Made by a program: the position numbers and the translations under genes. From the human T2T-CHM13v2.0 reference genome, Homo sapiens, in the NCBI RefSeq assembly GCF_009914755.1, contig NC_060942.1: a DNA stretch of 64,000 nucleotides; one strand, given 5' to 3'. Below, piece by piece: positions 47,138 to 64,000 of this stretch; within the stretch, counting starts at the first letter, position 1, and the number at the start of each line of letters is the position of its first letter. The notes beneath the pieces were generated by a model. It was not told the DNA's origin and made no database searches. It worked only from the letters and a program-made list of their open reading frames with translations.

Positions 47138-48726
47138 TCAATCTTCTTCTGATCAATTTGTCCATAGTTCTGGAAAAGCTACTGCACAGAGCAGGAGAGG
47201 AAACTATTTGCTCTCTGTAATACTGAAAAACTGAGAGTGCTATTTTAACTTGTCAATAACTAAAAGGTACCATTTTCTCATAGTGCACAGGTGTTGTACA
47301 AAAAGTACATGACCTCCCTGCTGTTTGTGAGTGAAAAAGGAAAACCCAAATATTTGTGAAAGTGTAAGACGGATGCATTTAAAATTCTGGGGTCTAGCAA
47401 GGGAAAGATTCTCTGTGAAGACCCAAAATTGAGGACTGGTTTTATAACTCTAAAATTATCTTGAGGAATGGAATCAAAATATGGTATTTCATTGATTCTA
47501 AGATGTATTTTTTTCATACTTTAGCATCTTAAATTCAGATGGGCTTGGCCATCAATAGTCTGTCCCAAGTTTATTGGCAACTCCTCGACCCCACCTTCTT
47601 AGTGCAACATAAAATAATGGCATGTTTTACAATCAGTGGCTCCTTAAATTAGATTAAACATCATGCTCTGTAGTTCAGCATACACAGGGATCCACATAAA
47701 AATAAATCTGACATTTAAACCCTGGTGATTCTCCCAACTGAAAAAGTGCTGGCAAAAATATTTGGCATCTTAAATTTCAGCATGAGCATCACAACTTCAG
47801 GAAGGGTTAGAAGAATAGTGATGTGGGTTGGGCTCAGGCTCTAGTTCTGGTTCTGTCCCTCATCAGCTAGGAAAACTGTAAGGAAATTAATTTCACACTT
47901 GTAGGCTTTATTTCCTCATCTGTAAAATGAGAAAGTATGATCAGGCGGCTTCTAAGTCTTCCAGCCAAAAAGGAAGGTAATTTTAAATCTTGCACCACTG
48001 AGGCTGTGTGTCGCCGTGGAAACTCCACAGCCAGGCTGCCCAAAGCCAAAGGAGCCACTACTGCAGTTGGTGGCTCAGAATCCTCTGCTGCCACCTCTGC
48101 TCCTCAAGTGGATGCTCCAAATCCAGAAGTGGATTTCATGCTTCCCATGTTGAAAACCTAATTCATTCATAACCTGAGTAACTGGGAAAGAATAATTCTT
48201 CAGAATGGGGCAATTTGTAAACTTCAAAAAACTGCAGAACTCTACTTGCTTATGTTGTCCTAAATGTCTACCATAAATTTTAAATCTCTAAAAAATTATA
48301 GCAAGGGTTCACTTCAAAGTCTTCATTGCTGACATAACGTGGCTATAGGTCCTGCTGCTCTGGGTGCCCTTTCCATATCACAGAAGCACTAGCCGGAAAA
48401 AGCTCTGGTTTCTGAAAGAAAATAACAAAGAAATTTCCTCTGAATGAAAGGTGCTTGTCAATACTCTCTCCTACCTTGAGAGTATATTCAACAAGAATAA
48501 GGGTGCAGGCCAAGGAAAACAAATGGTGAGGAATGGGTATTCCAAGCAATGAGAAATGGAATGTGACGATAACAGCATTGCTTTATGGTAAATAATACAT
48601 ACATTTACATTTTTATACATATTTCAAATTTGAAATTTTTAATCTATCTTTACCTAAACATGTTAGAATTAACAACAGGAATAGCAGCTAAAATCAACAA
48701 CTACAAAACAAATCACAAATTCCTAA

Positions 48727-51418
<2,692 letters not shown>

Positions 51419-51670
51419 TTACTGTGGAATAATCAATGAAGGAAAAATAACCTCATTCAAATAGGTATGGAGGGGTCTCCAGTCTGCTTCCAGCTGTGGG
51501 ATCCACAGAGGTGTCCTGAAGGGACAGCATGCTGGCCAGTGTACCTGCCTCATGCAAGGCCTTGCTAGTTTGTGGTAGTGTTATAAATAAGGTTCAAAGG
51601 CTTCAATAGCACAATTACCAGTCTACACATGACTCAATTATGTGAAAAATAAAGGTTCTTACCATTGATT

Positions 51671-51720
51671 TTACTGATAGAGCAAACTGTAGTCATCAAC
51701 CAAAGAGTAATTGGGATCAT
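51671..51720 (-). CDS. PSTPIP2: PSTPIP2 exon 14 coding part (DDPNYSLVDDYSLLYQ*), Y323/Y329/Y333; exon extends to 51663
   Basis: Acceptor ttgcag/AT; TAA at 51673-51671; donor ATG/gtaaga 8 nt after the stop. Confidence 0.94.
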
Positions 51721-52152
51721 CTGCAAAAGGCAGAACACAGAAAACAACAGTAACATCAATTTTTCATAATAAGATCTCACCCTTTTCAAGCCAGGGCATT
51801 TCACTTACAGATTCTGGTGTCTATCCTTTTGTAAAGAGAAAATAGATCTGCCAACAAAAACTATAAATGGTAGTCACGACTCCAAACCAGAGGACATTCT
51901 GGAAATCACTATTCTGACTTCTTTGCCCTTTTTCATCCATGCTCAGGTACAGTACCCACAGTAAAATCATCTTTAAAAATGGACAGAAATAGCATCCTAC
52001 ATTACCAAGTGGTAATTCTAAAACAACAAGAAATAAAATACCTTAAATCTTCATATTGTTCAAAGATATAATTTCAGCCACTACAGTTTTTTTTCCATCA
52101 CTAAATTTTTAGTGAACTGTTAAGTGCAGCATAAACTGTCCTCCTCCCTTAT

Positions 52153-52507
52153 TGATAGGTTTTGGCTCTGTGTCCCCACCCAAATCTCATCTTGAATTGT
52201 ATCTCCCATAATTTCCACCGTTGTGGGAAGGACCTAGTGGGAGATAATTTGAATCATGGGGGCAGTTTCCCCCACAATGTTGTCCTGGTAGTGAATAAGT
52301 CTCACGAGATCTGATGGTTTTATCAGTGGTTTCCGCTTTTGCATCTTCTTCATTTTCTCTTGCCACCACCATGTAAGAAGTGCCTTTCACCTCCCGCCAT
52401 GATTCTGAGGCTTCCCCAGCCATGTGGAACTGTAAGTCCAATTAAGCCTCTTTTTCTTCCCAGTCTTGGGTATGTCTTTATCAGCAGCATGTAAACAGAC
52501 TAGTACA
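52153..52507 (-). mobile_element. THE1 MaLR solo LTR
   Basis: tgataggtttggctctgtgtccccacccaaatctc...agactagtaca; 5-bp target-site duplication cttat/ctcat. Confidence 0.88.
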
Positions 52508-52674
52508 CTCATTCTCTTGAACATGGATAGGTATATCTTTTCTTTACTCAAATAATAAATATATGTTGAACACCTACTATGTACTCAGAACTGTGTCAGC
52601 TGTTGTGAGTAATACAGAAGACAAAGTTGTACCTGACCTTGGGATCTTCTTATTATTCAAGGCATACAACTAAT

Positions 52675-52906
52675 GAGAGCTTGTTTGGAGTAGCTGCAGG
52701 GGAATGCAGCTACTCATATACTCTTGACCAAAGACTGGCCCTCCTCTATCAGAAATGATCATCCTCTTTGAGCACGTAGCTTCGGGAGGGATGCACACGG
52801 ACTGGTGAGGGAGGAAGGGGACACCCGCTTAGCCAGCCGGATGCACCGAATCAACCCTAGCAATCAATGGGCTGACAAATGTTGCAGCCAGACTGCCCTC
52901 ACATCC
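52675..52906 (-). pseudogene. 7SK snRNA retropseudogene, 3'-truncated and tailless (RN7SKP family)
   Basis: Minus strand reads GGATGTGAGGGCAGTCTGGCTGCAACAT...GTGTCCCCTTCCTCCCTCACC...CCAAACAAGCTCTC, the 5' two thirds of 7SK; flanked by catacaactaat at 52663-52674 and 52907-52918. Confidence 0.93.
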
Positions 52907-53343
52907 CATACAACTAATAAGAAGTGCTAAGATGTGTACTTCTCCCAGAGATATCATAGGCGTTCAAAGAAAGAAAAAGACTACTGTGATTAGTGAAAGG
53001 TCTCATTAAAGATAACATTAAGTGACACGTTTCTTGACATCGATGCCTTCTATAAATTGTATTTCTATGTAATCCAAGGGGAACTATATCTCAGTTCTGC
53101 TGTTCTCACAGTCCAAGTTGAAATAATCTTTTAGGTAAAATCTGCTTGCAATAAGTTTCTTTTGGTATTTCAGTAACTGAATTATCTTGGATAAGCTATA
53201 AAATAGACCACCAATTATCATATTCCACTCTGTGACAAGTAGTATTATAGTAAGATTCTAATATAGGCTCATTCTCTTGGGAATTTGATTCTATTTAATC
53301 CTTTCATTCCCTTTATTTCAAAGTTCTAGCTATTTAATTTTAA

Positions 53344-53514
<171 letters not shown>

Positions 53515-53682
53515 TGAGTAGCTGGGATTACAGGCACGCACCACCACACCCAGCTAATTTTTGTATTTTTAGTGGAGACAGGGTTTCACCATGTTGACCA
53601 GGCTGGTCTCAAACTCCTGACCTCAAGTGATCTGCCTGCCTTGCAATATAAGAATTTCAAAAGACCTTTTTTAGTGGCATAC

Positions 53683-53717
53683 CTGGTGAGCTTTTAGGAA
53701 TTGGGAGGGGTCCTCTC
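53683..53717 (-). CDS. PSTPIP2: PSTPIP2 exon 13 ([11 protein letters not shown]), 35 nt
   Basis: Acceptor ttacag/G, donor CAG/gtatgc. Confidence 0.92.
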
Positions 53718-54264
53718 CTGTAAGAAATGAAAACCAAAGTATTTTAGATAAGTTCTTGTTATTTTTATAATCTTTTTACTTCTTGCTACAAGCCTATTGT
53801 ACTCTAATCAGATCTGGTTTCTGCACTGGAGGGTCAAGAAAGCTCACCTAAAGCAAATGATCTGTAGCACTGACCTACGGAAATCTAAGTTGCAGACGTC
53901 GTACTATGGCAAGAGGCAGCATGCATAGTGATTAGGAGCACAGAGCCTTATCCCCACAACCCGGACTGGCAGGATTAAAATCTTAGCTGGGTAGGAAAGA
54001 CTTCCTGAGTGCCTTGAACATCCGCATCCTCATAAGTAAAATAGGAAGTATAAACAGCTCCCACCTCATTGTGGGGATTAAATCAGGTAATTCACACTAA
54101 CTGTTTTGAACAGTGCCTGACACGCTTAAATACTGATAATGATCATGCAATCCTTCCCAGGCACTCCCCATCTTTACTAAAACTGGAGTGAAAATTCAAA
54201 AGCTTAGACTGCAAGCTGACTATGTCAAACAGAAGTTTCTCTTTCCGCAGGATCCTTTACATGA

Positions 54265-54585
54265 ACGGCAGCGAACTTTTTGAGTAAAGGGCCAAGTAGT
54301 AAATGATTTAGACTTTGCTGGCCACCTCCCGTCTCTCTTGCAACTCTACTCAACTCTAGTGGCAAAGCAGCCATAGACAAAACCTCAGTGAGTGAGGGTG
54401 CTTGTGTGCCCATAAAACTTGATAGAGGAACACTGAAATTTGAAATTCAAATAATTCTCACATGTCACAAAACAGTATTGTCTTGACTTTTTTCCAGCCA
54501 TTTAAAAATGTAAAGACTATTCTTAACTCACAGGCCCTATAAAAATGGATTTAACTCTCAGGGGCCATAGTTTGCTGACTGGCTG
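54265..54585. mobile_element. MER58-like hAT element
   Basis: aactttttgagtaaagggccaagtagtaaat...ggccatagtttgctgac. Confidence 0.7.
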
Positions 54586-54862
54586 TAAGAAAAGTATAGG
54601 ATTTCTACAGACTATAAGAAAAGTATAGGATTCATCCATGAATAACAATGATCAAGTTCAAGCATGATATACTCCTCCCTGAACTATGACTATTAAAATC
54701 CACTTAATATTTGTCCTAAAAATACTATTTCCAAAAAGCAAGCAGCCTTATTAAGCAGATGCAGTAGTAGATATGTTCCAATTCTAACATGTCTTAGAAC
54801 ATTCATGATAACAATGTTTGTTAAAAGTATTTTTCTTCATATGAAAGGCAGCTGGTTATTAC

Positions 54863-54944
54863 CTTGCCAAGTTAGGCCCTGTAGCCTTTCCTGCTGGGAC
54901 TGCATTCTTCTGGGAGGAGTAGAAATTCTCATACATGATGGGTG
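54863..54944 (-). CDS. PSTPIP2: PSTPIP2 exon 12 (APIMYENFY...PNLAR), 82 nt
   Basis: Acceptor cctag/CA, donor AAG/gtaata. Confidence 0.94.
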
Positions 54945-55066
54945 CTAGGAGAGTCACCAAGAAACAGGACATGAAGAGGCAGGCGTCTTTCATCCTTAAT
55001 GACATCTAACAAGAAAGGCTAATAGAATTGTGTAAATAACACTCCCCACCCCACTGCCCCATTCAC

Positions 55067-55163
55067 CTGGTGGAATCTGTCCAGTTTTGCGTTGATTCAC
55101 AAAGTATTCAATGTCCCTCTGAATGCTGCACATTTCTAAACTCTTTCGGACTTGTTCGTACAT
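55067..55163 (-). CDS. PSTPIP2: PSTPIP2 exon 11 (MYEQVRKSL...GQIPP), 97 nt
   Basis: Acceptor ttattag/ATG, donor CAG/gtgaat. Confidence 0.94.
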
Positions 55164-55260
55164 CTAATAAAAAAAGGTCAATTAATAGGTAGAGGTATGT
55201 TGAGATCATTGTGACACAGCTCCTTAAAAACATGGGTTTGAGGCGGGGCGCAGTGGCTCA

Positions 55261-55521
<261 letters not shown>

Positions 55522-56001
55522 TCAAAAAAAAAAACAAAAAAACAAAAAAACATGGGTTTGATAGAGAGCTGACTCTTCCAAATTTTCTTGTTTTCAAAAA
55601 AAAAGAACACATTCCAAAGTCCCAGATTCATATTGGAGCTTTTCTCTGATGCACATCTGCTATTAATTTTTTATTTTTTATTTTATTATTTTTTTTTAGA
55701 CAGAGTCTCGCTCTGTCACCCAGGCTGCAGTGCAGTGCAGTGGTGCAATCTCAGCTCACTGCAACCTCCACCTCCCTGGCTGAAGCAATTCCCCTGCCTC
55801 AGCCTCCCAAGTAGCTGGGATTAGAGGCACATGCCACCACGTCTGGCTAATTTTTTTTGCATTTTTAGTAGAGACGGGGTTTCACCATGTTGGCCAGACT
55901 GGTCTCGAACTCCTGACCACAGGCAATCCGCCTGCCTTGGCCTCCCAAAGTGCTGGGATTACAGGTGTAAGCCACCGTGCCCAGCCTACATTTACTATTA
56001 A

Positions 56002-56292
<291 letters not shown>

Positions 56293-56565
56293 TGATCCAC
56301 CCGTCTCAGCCTCCCAAAGTTCTGAGATTACAGGAGTGAACCACCGCTCCCAGCCATGAATCTCTTAATGAGAAAATCATGGTGGCAAATGAGCCAGGAG
56401 TCAGGTTACATGTTATCTGCATCCTTCTGTCAACTCACTGTATGGCCTTAGGCAAGTCACCTTACTTCACCAAGGGCAAAGTGAACCAATCAATATCTAT
56501 AGTTCCTTCTACTCTAATGTATCCAACATGCACACGACAATCCTCAGTGGATGCCTCTGACTTAC

Positions 56566-56664
56566 TTCATCACTGGTGACACATTGTTGTGACAGCTGAT
56601 TCACATGTAACCACAATGCATTCCGGAAGAAGTTTATTCGTTCACATTCTTGAGCCTCAAATGC
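56566..56664 (-). CDS. PSTPIP2: PSTPIP2 exon 10 (AFEAQECER...VTSDE), includes W232 (PEST-phosphatase binding)
   Basis: Acceptor tgtag/GCA, donor GAA/gtaagt; 99 nt. Confidence 0.94.
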
Positions 56665-58855
56665 CTACAGAAAAATAGCTACGTGTACATAGATATGCAA
56701 GGAAAAGGACCATTCATTTTGGCTAGCTGTGACTTAAGAAACAGTGTCAACCTTCAGTTATCTGTAAACTTATTGTCCAATTTAGAATGCTTCTCCCCCA
56801 CCACTGAGGAAACTCATAAACTCATATCACAAAGAATGCAAACAAATCCTAATATCACAGTAACACAAACAGGCTTGGAAATAGTTCTGAGGGTAAAAAG
56901 TAATGATGATCCCAGATACCAATGTTCTAACTGAGTTCCTACCGACATTTCCAACTATCTAACATCATCTCCACCTGAGCAGCCTGCCAGAGCCTCAGAT
57001 TCAAAATGCTGCCCCTCCCACCCTGGAATGAATGAGTTTGACTGGCAAGATGGTCATAATTGTTGATGCTGATTGATGAGTACATGGGAGGCCGTGTACT
57101 TGTCTTCTGTCTTTGTGTATGTTTAATTGTTTTTCCTTAAAAAAAGGGTTAAAATAAAAGTCATTGCCTGAGATACAGTATTTTGGATATAAACAAATAT
57201 CACCTTTAAAAAAATCAAGCTGTTCTATGAAGCAGATGGTATTCTATTCAACAGTGGATGTGATACATCAGTGTATTTTTAAAATATTGAATACCATAGC
57301 TATTTTTAACATGAATGAATTTTACATACCATAGCTTTTATATACCACAGCCCCTTTTCCACTCTATGAGGAGAAAAGGATGGGGACAGGTATAGCTATA
57401 AGTGGTTCTCATACTTGAATTCACATCAGAATCACTTGGAAGGTTTATTAGCATAGAGATTGCTGAGCTCTACCCCCACAGTTTCTGATTCAATTTCATA
57501 TCTCATACTACAGGTTTTATTCAAAACCAAAAAATTTTGAATGCCTTTTAAAATTTGCTACATTTTAAAACTTGTTATAAAATAAAACAAAACTTCCAAC
57601 ATATACAAGTGTAGAGAGGTACAGATAGTATGATGAATCCCTATGTACTCATCACCAGCTTAAACATTTATCAACTCACAACCGATTCTATTTTATCTAT
57701 ATCTCTACCAATTACCCTACTCTCTGGAGTATTTTGAAGCAAATGCATTATTTCACCTCTAAATATTTTTATATCTATATAACATAGTATAATAATTTAA
57801 TAATATTACATTATTGTTGTTATGGAATATTTCACATAGAATCAGAAAGCAGTATAATAAATACCTATATACCAACTACCTAGCTTTGTCAAAAACTTCA
57901 GCCATATTTTTTCAGATTCTGTAAAAGCCCCTGTGTGATTTACCCAGTTTCTATCACCTTCCTCCTTCCCCAGATAGCCATTATCCTGAATTGTATCATT
58001 CCTATGCAGGGTTTGTTTTGTTTTGTTTTGTTTTTTATGGGGAAGGGGTTGTTTCGTTGTTTGGTTTTGGGGGGTTTTATTTTGTTTTGTTTTGAGACAG
58101 GGTCTCACTTTGTCACCCAGGCTGGAGAGCAGTGGTGCGCTCATGGCTCACTGCAGCCTCAAACTCGTGGGCTCAAGCAATTCTCCCGCCTCAGGTTCCC
58201 AAGTAGCCTCTACCACCATGCCCGGCTAATTTTTATATTTCTTTGTAGAGACAAAATTTCGCTGTGTTGCCCAGGCTGGTCTTGAACTCCTGGGCTCAAG
58301 CAATCCACCCGCATCAGCCTCTGAAAGTGCTGGGATTATAGGTGTGAGCCACCGCACCTGGCCTTTATGCAGGTTTTTACACTATATATGTATCTGTATA
58401 TGTACATGATATTGCTTTACATGTTTTTAAACCTTATTAAAAAATGGCCTCATTCTAGGCTTTCCCCTAAGAGTGTGGAGTTACAGAAGTAAAGCAGAAA
58501 ACAGTGTTTTAGGAGAAGCATAATAACCTACAGTATCAGATGGCAAAGAGAGATCAAATAAGATTAGAAACTGCAAAGGCCCACTGGCCCTCATGCCAAG
58601 GGATTCTGGTGCCCTCCAAGACAGCAGCTGCAGGGAAGCAAATCCCAGATGCTGCAGGCTGGGGCAGTCAGGACAACATGGACTTGGAGACAGCCCCTTC
58701 AAAAAGCGTGGCTGTGAAGAAGGGCGGGGGTAGTAGGGGTCGTAGATAGAAAGTAAGAACTGCTGGTTTTGTTTTTTGCTTTTTGGGTTTTTTTGAGATG
58801 GAGTCTAACTCTGTTGCCCAGGCTAGAGTGTAGTGGCATGATCTCAGCTCACTGA

Positions 58856-59110
<255 letters not shown>

Positions 59111-59261
59111 TGAGTCTGTGTGCAAGATAACAGAAGTTGACAAGTTCTCCATGCCCAAGAAGGTGGGGAAAGGCAAGCTGGATGAAAAAAGATCTTGAAC
59201 AAGGAAGGAACAGCCCCTTTTCTGTGCTAACAGGAAAAAAGGAGTGGGGCAGGCGTGTCTG

Positions 59262-59450
59262 TCAATGATTCTTATACTTGAATTCCCATCAAAATCACTT
59301 GGAAGGCTTATTAGCACAGAGATTGCTGGGCTTTACCCCCAGAGTTTCTGATTCGGTAGGTCTGAGGTTGGTCTGAGAACCTGCATTTCTAACAAGTTCC
59401 CAGGTGATGCTGATGCTACCAGTCCTAGGACCTCACTTTGAGAACCACTG
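59262..59450. mobile_element. MER5A DNA transposon (partial copy at 57400-57491)
   Basis: ctgcatttctaacaagttcccaggtgatgctgatgct...ctttgagaaccactg. Confidence 0.85.
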
Positions 59451-60024
59451 GAAGAAAATGTGTAGGCAGGATGACAGAAACTTAAGCAAGCTTCCAAGTT
59501 ATGTTTTTTATTTTCTCTTGGAAATTGTGAGGTCATTTGCTGCAAAAGAAAGGGAGCAGTGGTGAAATTGAAGGTATGAGGAGAGTAAAAAAAAAAAAGA
59601 AAACCCTCCAGCCAGGCATGGTGGCTCATGCCTGTAACCCTGGCAACTCAGGAGGCAAAGGTGGAAGGATTGCTTGAGACCCAGGAGCTCAAGACCAGCC
59701 TGGGCAACAGAGCAAGTCCCTGTCTCTTTAAAAATAAAATAAATAATAAATAATTAACAAGGCGTGGTGGTGCACGCCTGTAGTCCCATCTACTTCACTT
59801 GAGCTCATGGGGTTTCAGGCTGCAGTGAGCTCTGATCATGCCACTGCACTCCAGCCTGGGCGACAGAGTGAGACCCAGACTCAAAACAAAAAGCAAACAA
59901 ACAAATCTCCAAAGCCTACTCACTTGCTGTTGGCATTCCCTTTAGAGCCTATTGAGGCCGGGCTCTCCAAAGATAATTACTTAATCGACCATTAACTGAT
60001 TCAGCTATTCTATGCTTGTGCTAA

Positions 60025-60375
<351 letters not shown>

Positions 60376-60547
60376 TGACCTCAGGTGATCCACCCACCTC
60401 GGCCTCCCAAAGTGCTGGGATTACAGGCATGGGCCACCGTGCCTGGCCAAATTTCTGATTTCTAATTTGCCCTCAAGCTCTGTAACCCTATGAGAATCCG
60501 GGCAGATCATTTCTACAAAAGTAGACTCTCCAGGTTCTGGGCAGAAG

Positions 60548-60680
60548 ACCCACCTCCCGCCCCCTCGTCCTCCCCCAACCCCCGGCCCCACTCCCCCTTC
60601 CCTCCCTCCCCTCCCCCTCCTCCCCTCCCCCCCCCGTCCTGAGCAGCTTCCTGTTACACACACCCCCACCCACCCACCCC
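60548..60680 (-). repeat. G-run tract (G-quadruplex-capable in the pre-mRNA) just downstream of PSTPIP2 exon 9
   Basis: More than a dozen C3-C9 runs on the plus strand. Confidence 0.85.
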
Positions 60681-60709
60681 AGTCCTGAGCAGCTTCCGGT
60701 TACGGGTAC

Positions 60710-60789
60710 CTCGCAGGCCTTGATGTGCTCACTCTGCCACTCTTCTCGGACCTTATCCAGGGTGCCGATGTGCAGCATGTATGCTTTGT
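60710..60789 (-). CDS. PSTPIP2: PSTPIP2 exon 9 (DKAYMLHIG...IKACE), 80 nt
   Basis: Acceptor ttgcag/AC, donor GAG/gtaccc; ORF 60488..60778. Confidence 0.94.
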
Positions 60790-61754
60790 CTGCAACAGAA
60801 GGGAGAGACCTGGGTCAGAAACTAGACAGGAAGGTGGCTCGCAGATACACCCACAGGCTGGTCTCAGATGGCAAAAGAAACTCATCCGAGTTGTGCTGAG
60901 CTTACAAGGCCCCCAGGACTCTGAGCACTGGGAGTTATTGCATCTCTCACCCTCATCATATTTGGTGAAGTAGGCAAAGGAGGGTATCACTTTCTTTTTA
61001 AACATTGGACCTAACATTGAGAAAGAAAGGTTCTAAGGAAGAAGTGAAAGCTGATAAGAAACCTCAGCCAGGGTTTTGTTTGTGTAATTCCACCTCAGTA
61101 TTTCCCATCGCTTTTCATTTTCAAAATTGTCTGATGAAGGATGCAGAGAAGAGAACTACCTTGAGCCCTAAAGGGGCACCAAGTTACTTTAGTTTCAAAT
61201 GTAGAGATTAAGATGTACATAACCACCACAGTCATGAGGGATATTTCCTGCAGGATATTCTGGGAATTAGAAGCTTTTGCAAATGCCTGGTTTGGGTCTT
61301 AGATTTCAGTGATAACAAGGCCTTGCAGCTTGGCTGTTTCACAGCAGATAAGAGCTACCGGGGCTGAAATGGTCTTTTAGATAGATGCCCCAATACATCA
61401 GAGGAAGCACCTGATTGCAAAGCCGCTACCACATGACTCCACCATCTCACTCCCATGTAAGGCAGCAAGATCTAAGCAGACAGAAGCCAGAAACAGTGGC
61501 CTCATAGCCTCCTCCCACCTTCCGGGGTTCTAATATACCCTCCCTTCCTCTCTCCTCTTCTTTCCTTTCCTCCCTCCCTTCCTTACTCTCTCCCTTCCTT
61601 CCTCCCTTTTTCCCTTCAGATATCTCACTAATCCTGCTGAATATCCATATATTCTCTCTTTAAGGTATATAAAACTCCCTTTCTCAGGGACACATTTAGG
61701 ATAACGTAAACCCCACCAGCAACCCTCCCCCATCCGTAGGAACTGCCCCCTCAC

Positions 61755-61800
61755 CTGAGTCCTCTACTGCGGTCTTTGAAGTTGCCAGTTTCACAAAAAG
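61755..61800 (-). CDS. PSTPIP2: PSTPIP2 exon 8 (LFVKLATSKTAVEDS), 46 nt
   Basis: Acceptor cacag/CTT, donor CAG/gtgagg. Confidence 0.94.
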
Positions 61801-62396
61801 CTGTGAAAACAAACAAACAAACAAAAAAAGAGCAAGCATTGGGAATGCTGGACGAGGCTTCCACAGGCAAAACAGATTGAAAAGCAGTAACTATGAAGAG
61901 ACCAGGTCTAGTGCAAGTCCTGTGTACATTTCCCTCATGAGCAAATCATTCAACGTGCCCTGCAATCTTATCAATCTTGGAAAATATCCATAAAGCATCT
62001 TGCCCAGTGTCTTCCTAAAGACACACCCAGCCCTCTGGTTGCAGAAATCTTGTATCTAGATTTTACAAAGTTAAATTTGTAATCCACCCAAGCAAAAGGC
62101 AGCCTGACTACAAAGAATACATGAACTGAGTCTTTAAGAAAAATGACAACAACTGGGAAATCCCTCCAACCTCTTATCACCCCATCTCCCTCCCTCATAG
62201 CCATGCTTCTGTCGCTCTTCCCCTAACCCCCAAATATGTGGCAGTGGTTTTTCAGGTTCAGAAGACCCCCAATACATGAAGGAAGATATTTCCAGGGGTT
62301 TAGGATACAGGTTCATTTCTTATGAAGATTCATAATTGGCTTTAGCCTGACATAGGTCAGTCTCAGATTTTTCGGGTTGTTAGCCCTCCTGGGTAC

Positions 62397-62495
62397 CTTT
62401 TCTTGTTGCTTCGGGTTCACCAGGTTGGCACTCCGGCTGACGGCCTGTTCTGCCTCATCTTTGTCCCGGCATTTCTGCTCATAGTTCTTCTTTGC
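62397..62495 (-). CDS. PSTPIP2: PSTPIP2 exon 7 (AKKNYEQKCR...KQQEK), F-BAR domain, 99 nt
   Basis: ORF 62313..62582; acceptor acaaag/GCA, donor AAG/gtaccc. Exon numbering is from recall; earlier exons lie beyond the window. Confidence 0.94.
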
Positions 62496-62816
62496 CTTTG
62501 TCATTATGAACAAAGAGAACCAAAACAAATGAACAGAGTGTAACCATGAAATGCAGCCCCCTTGGCCCAGGAAGTCCAGCATGGACAGGGCCGTCTGATT
62601 AGTGCTCTGATTGTCACTAAGCCATGGGCTCCCAGAGGGCAGATGCTTTTTCTTATCAGTCTTTGAAAGCTCACTCTCTCTCTCTAGCCCTTTTTCAAAT
62701 TATGTAATAGTGGCAACCTGATCAAGGAAGTAATAGCTCCTATTTGGCAACATAAAGTACATGAGCTTTAAAAATGGACTGAAACGAAAGATGGAATTTG
62801 AAATAGACAAAATTAA

Positions 62817-64000
<1,184 letters not shown>

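Overview
Human/primate genomic DNA, consistent with chr18q12.3-q21.1. It holds two tandem minus-strand genes: the 5' part of the autophagy gene EPG5 (CpG-island promoter near 30.3 kb, coding exons 1-10, codons 1-700) and the 3' part of the F-BAR gene PSTPIP2 (exons 7-15, stop at 51671, poly(A) signal at 46516). All coding exon boundaries were read by hand and give continuous frames with GT-AG sites. The rest is dense in Alu, L1, L2, MIR, LTR and DNA-transposon relics, plus a tailless 7SK retrocopy. No prokaryote-type system (CRISPR, operon) is present, and almost all other ORF-track entries are repeat artefacts. The most unusual signal is a cluster of short locally templated duplications: two intronic copies of part of EPG5 exon 2 (one inside a 49-bp inverted-repeat mosaic), a ~375-bp inverted copy of EPG5 intron 10 placed 38 kb away, and two more in PSTPIP2 introns, together with fold-back palindromes. 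Other leads are tandem LYPxL (ALIX-type) motifs in EPG5, an ATG-TGA element in frame with EPG5, and a PSTPIP2 exon that ends in ATG just after the stop. Gene and repeat-family names come from recall, not database searches, and repeat boundaries are approximate.
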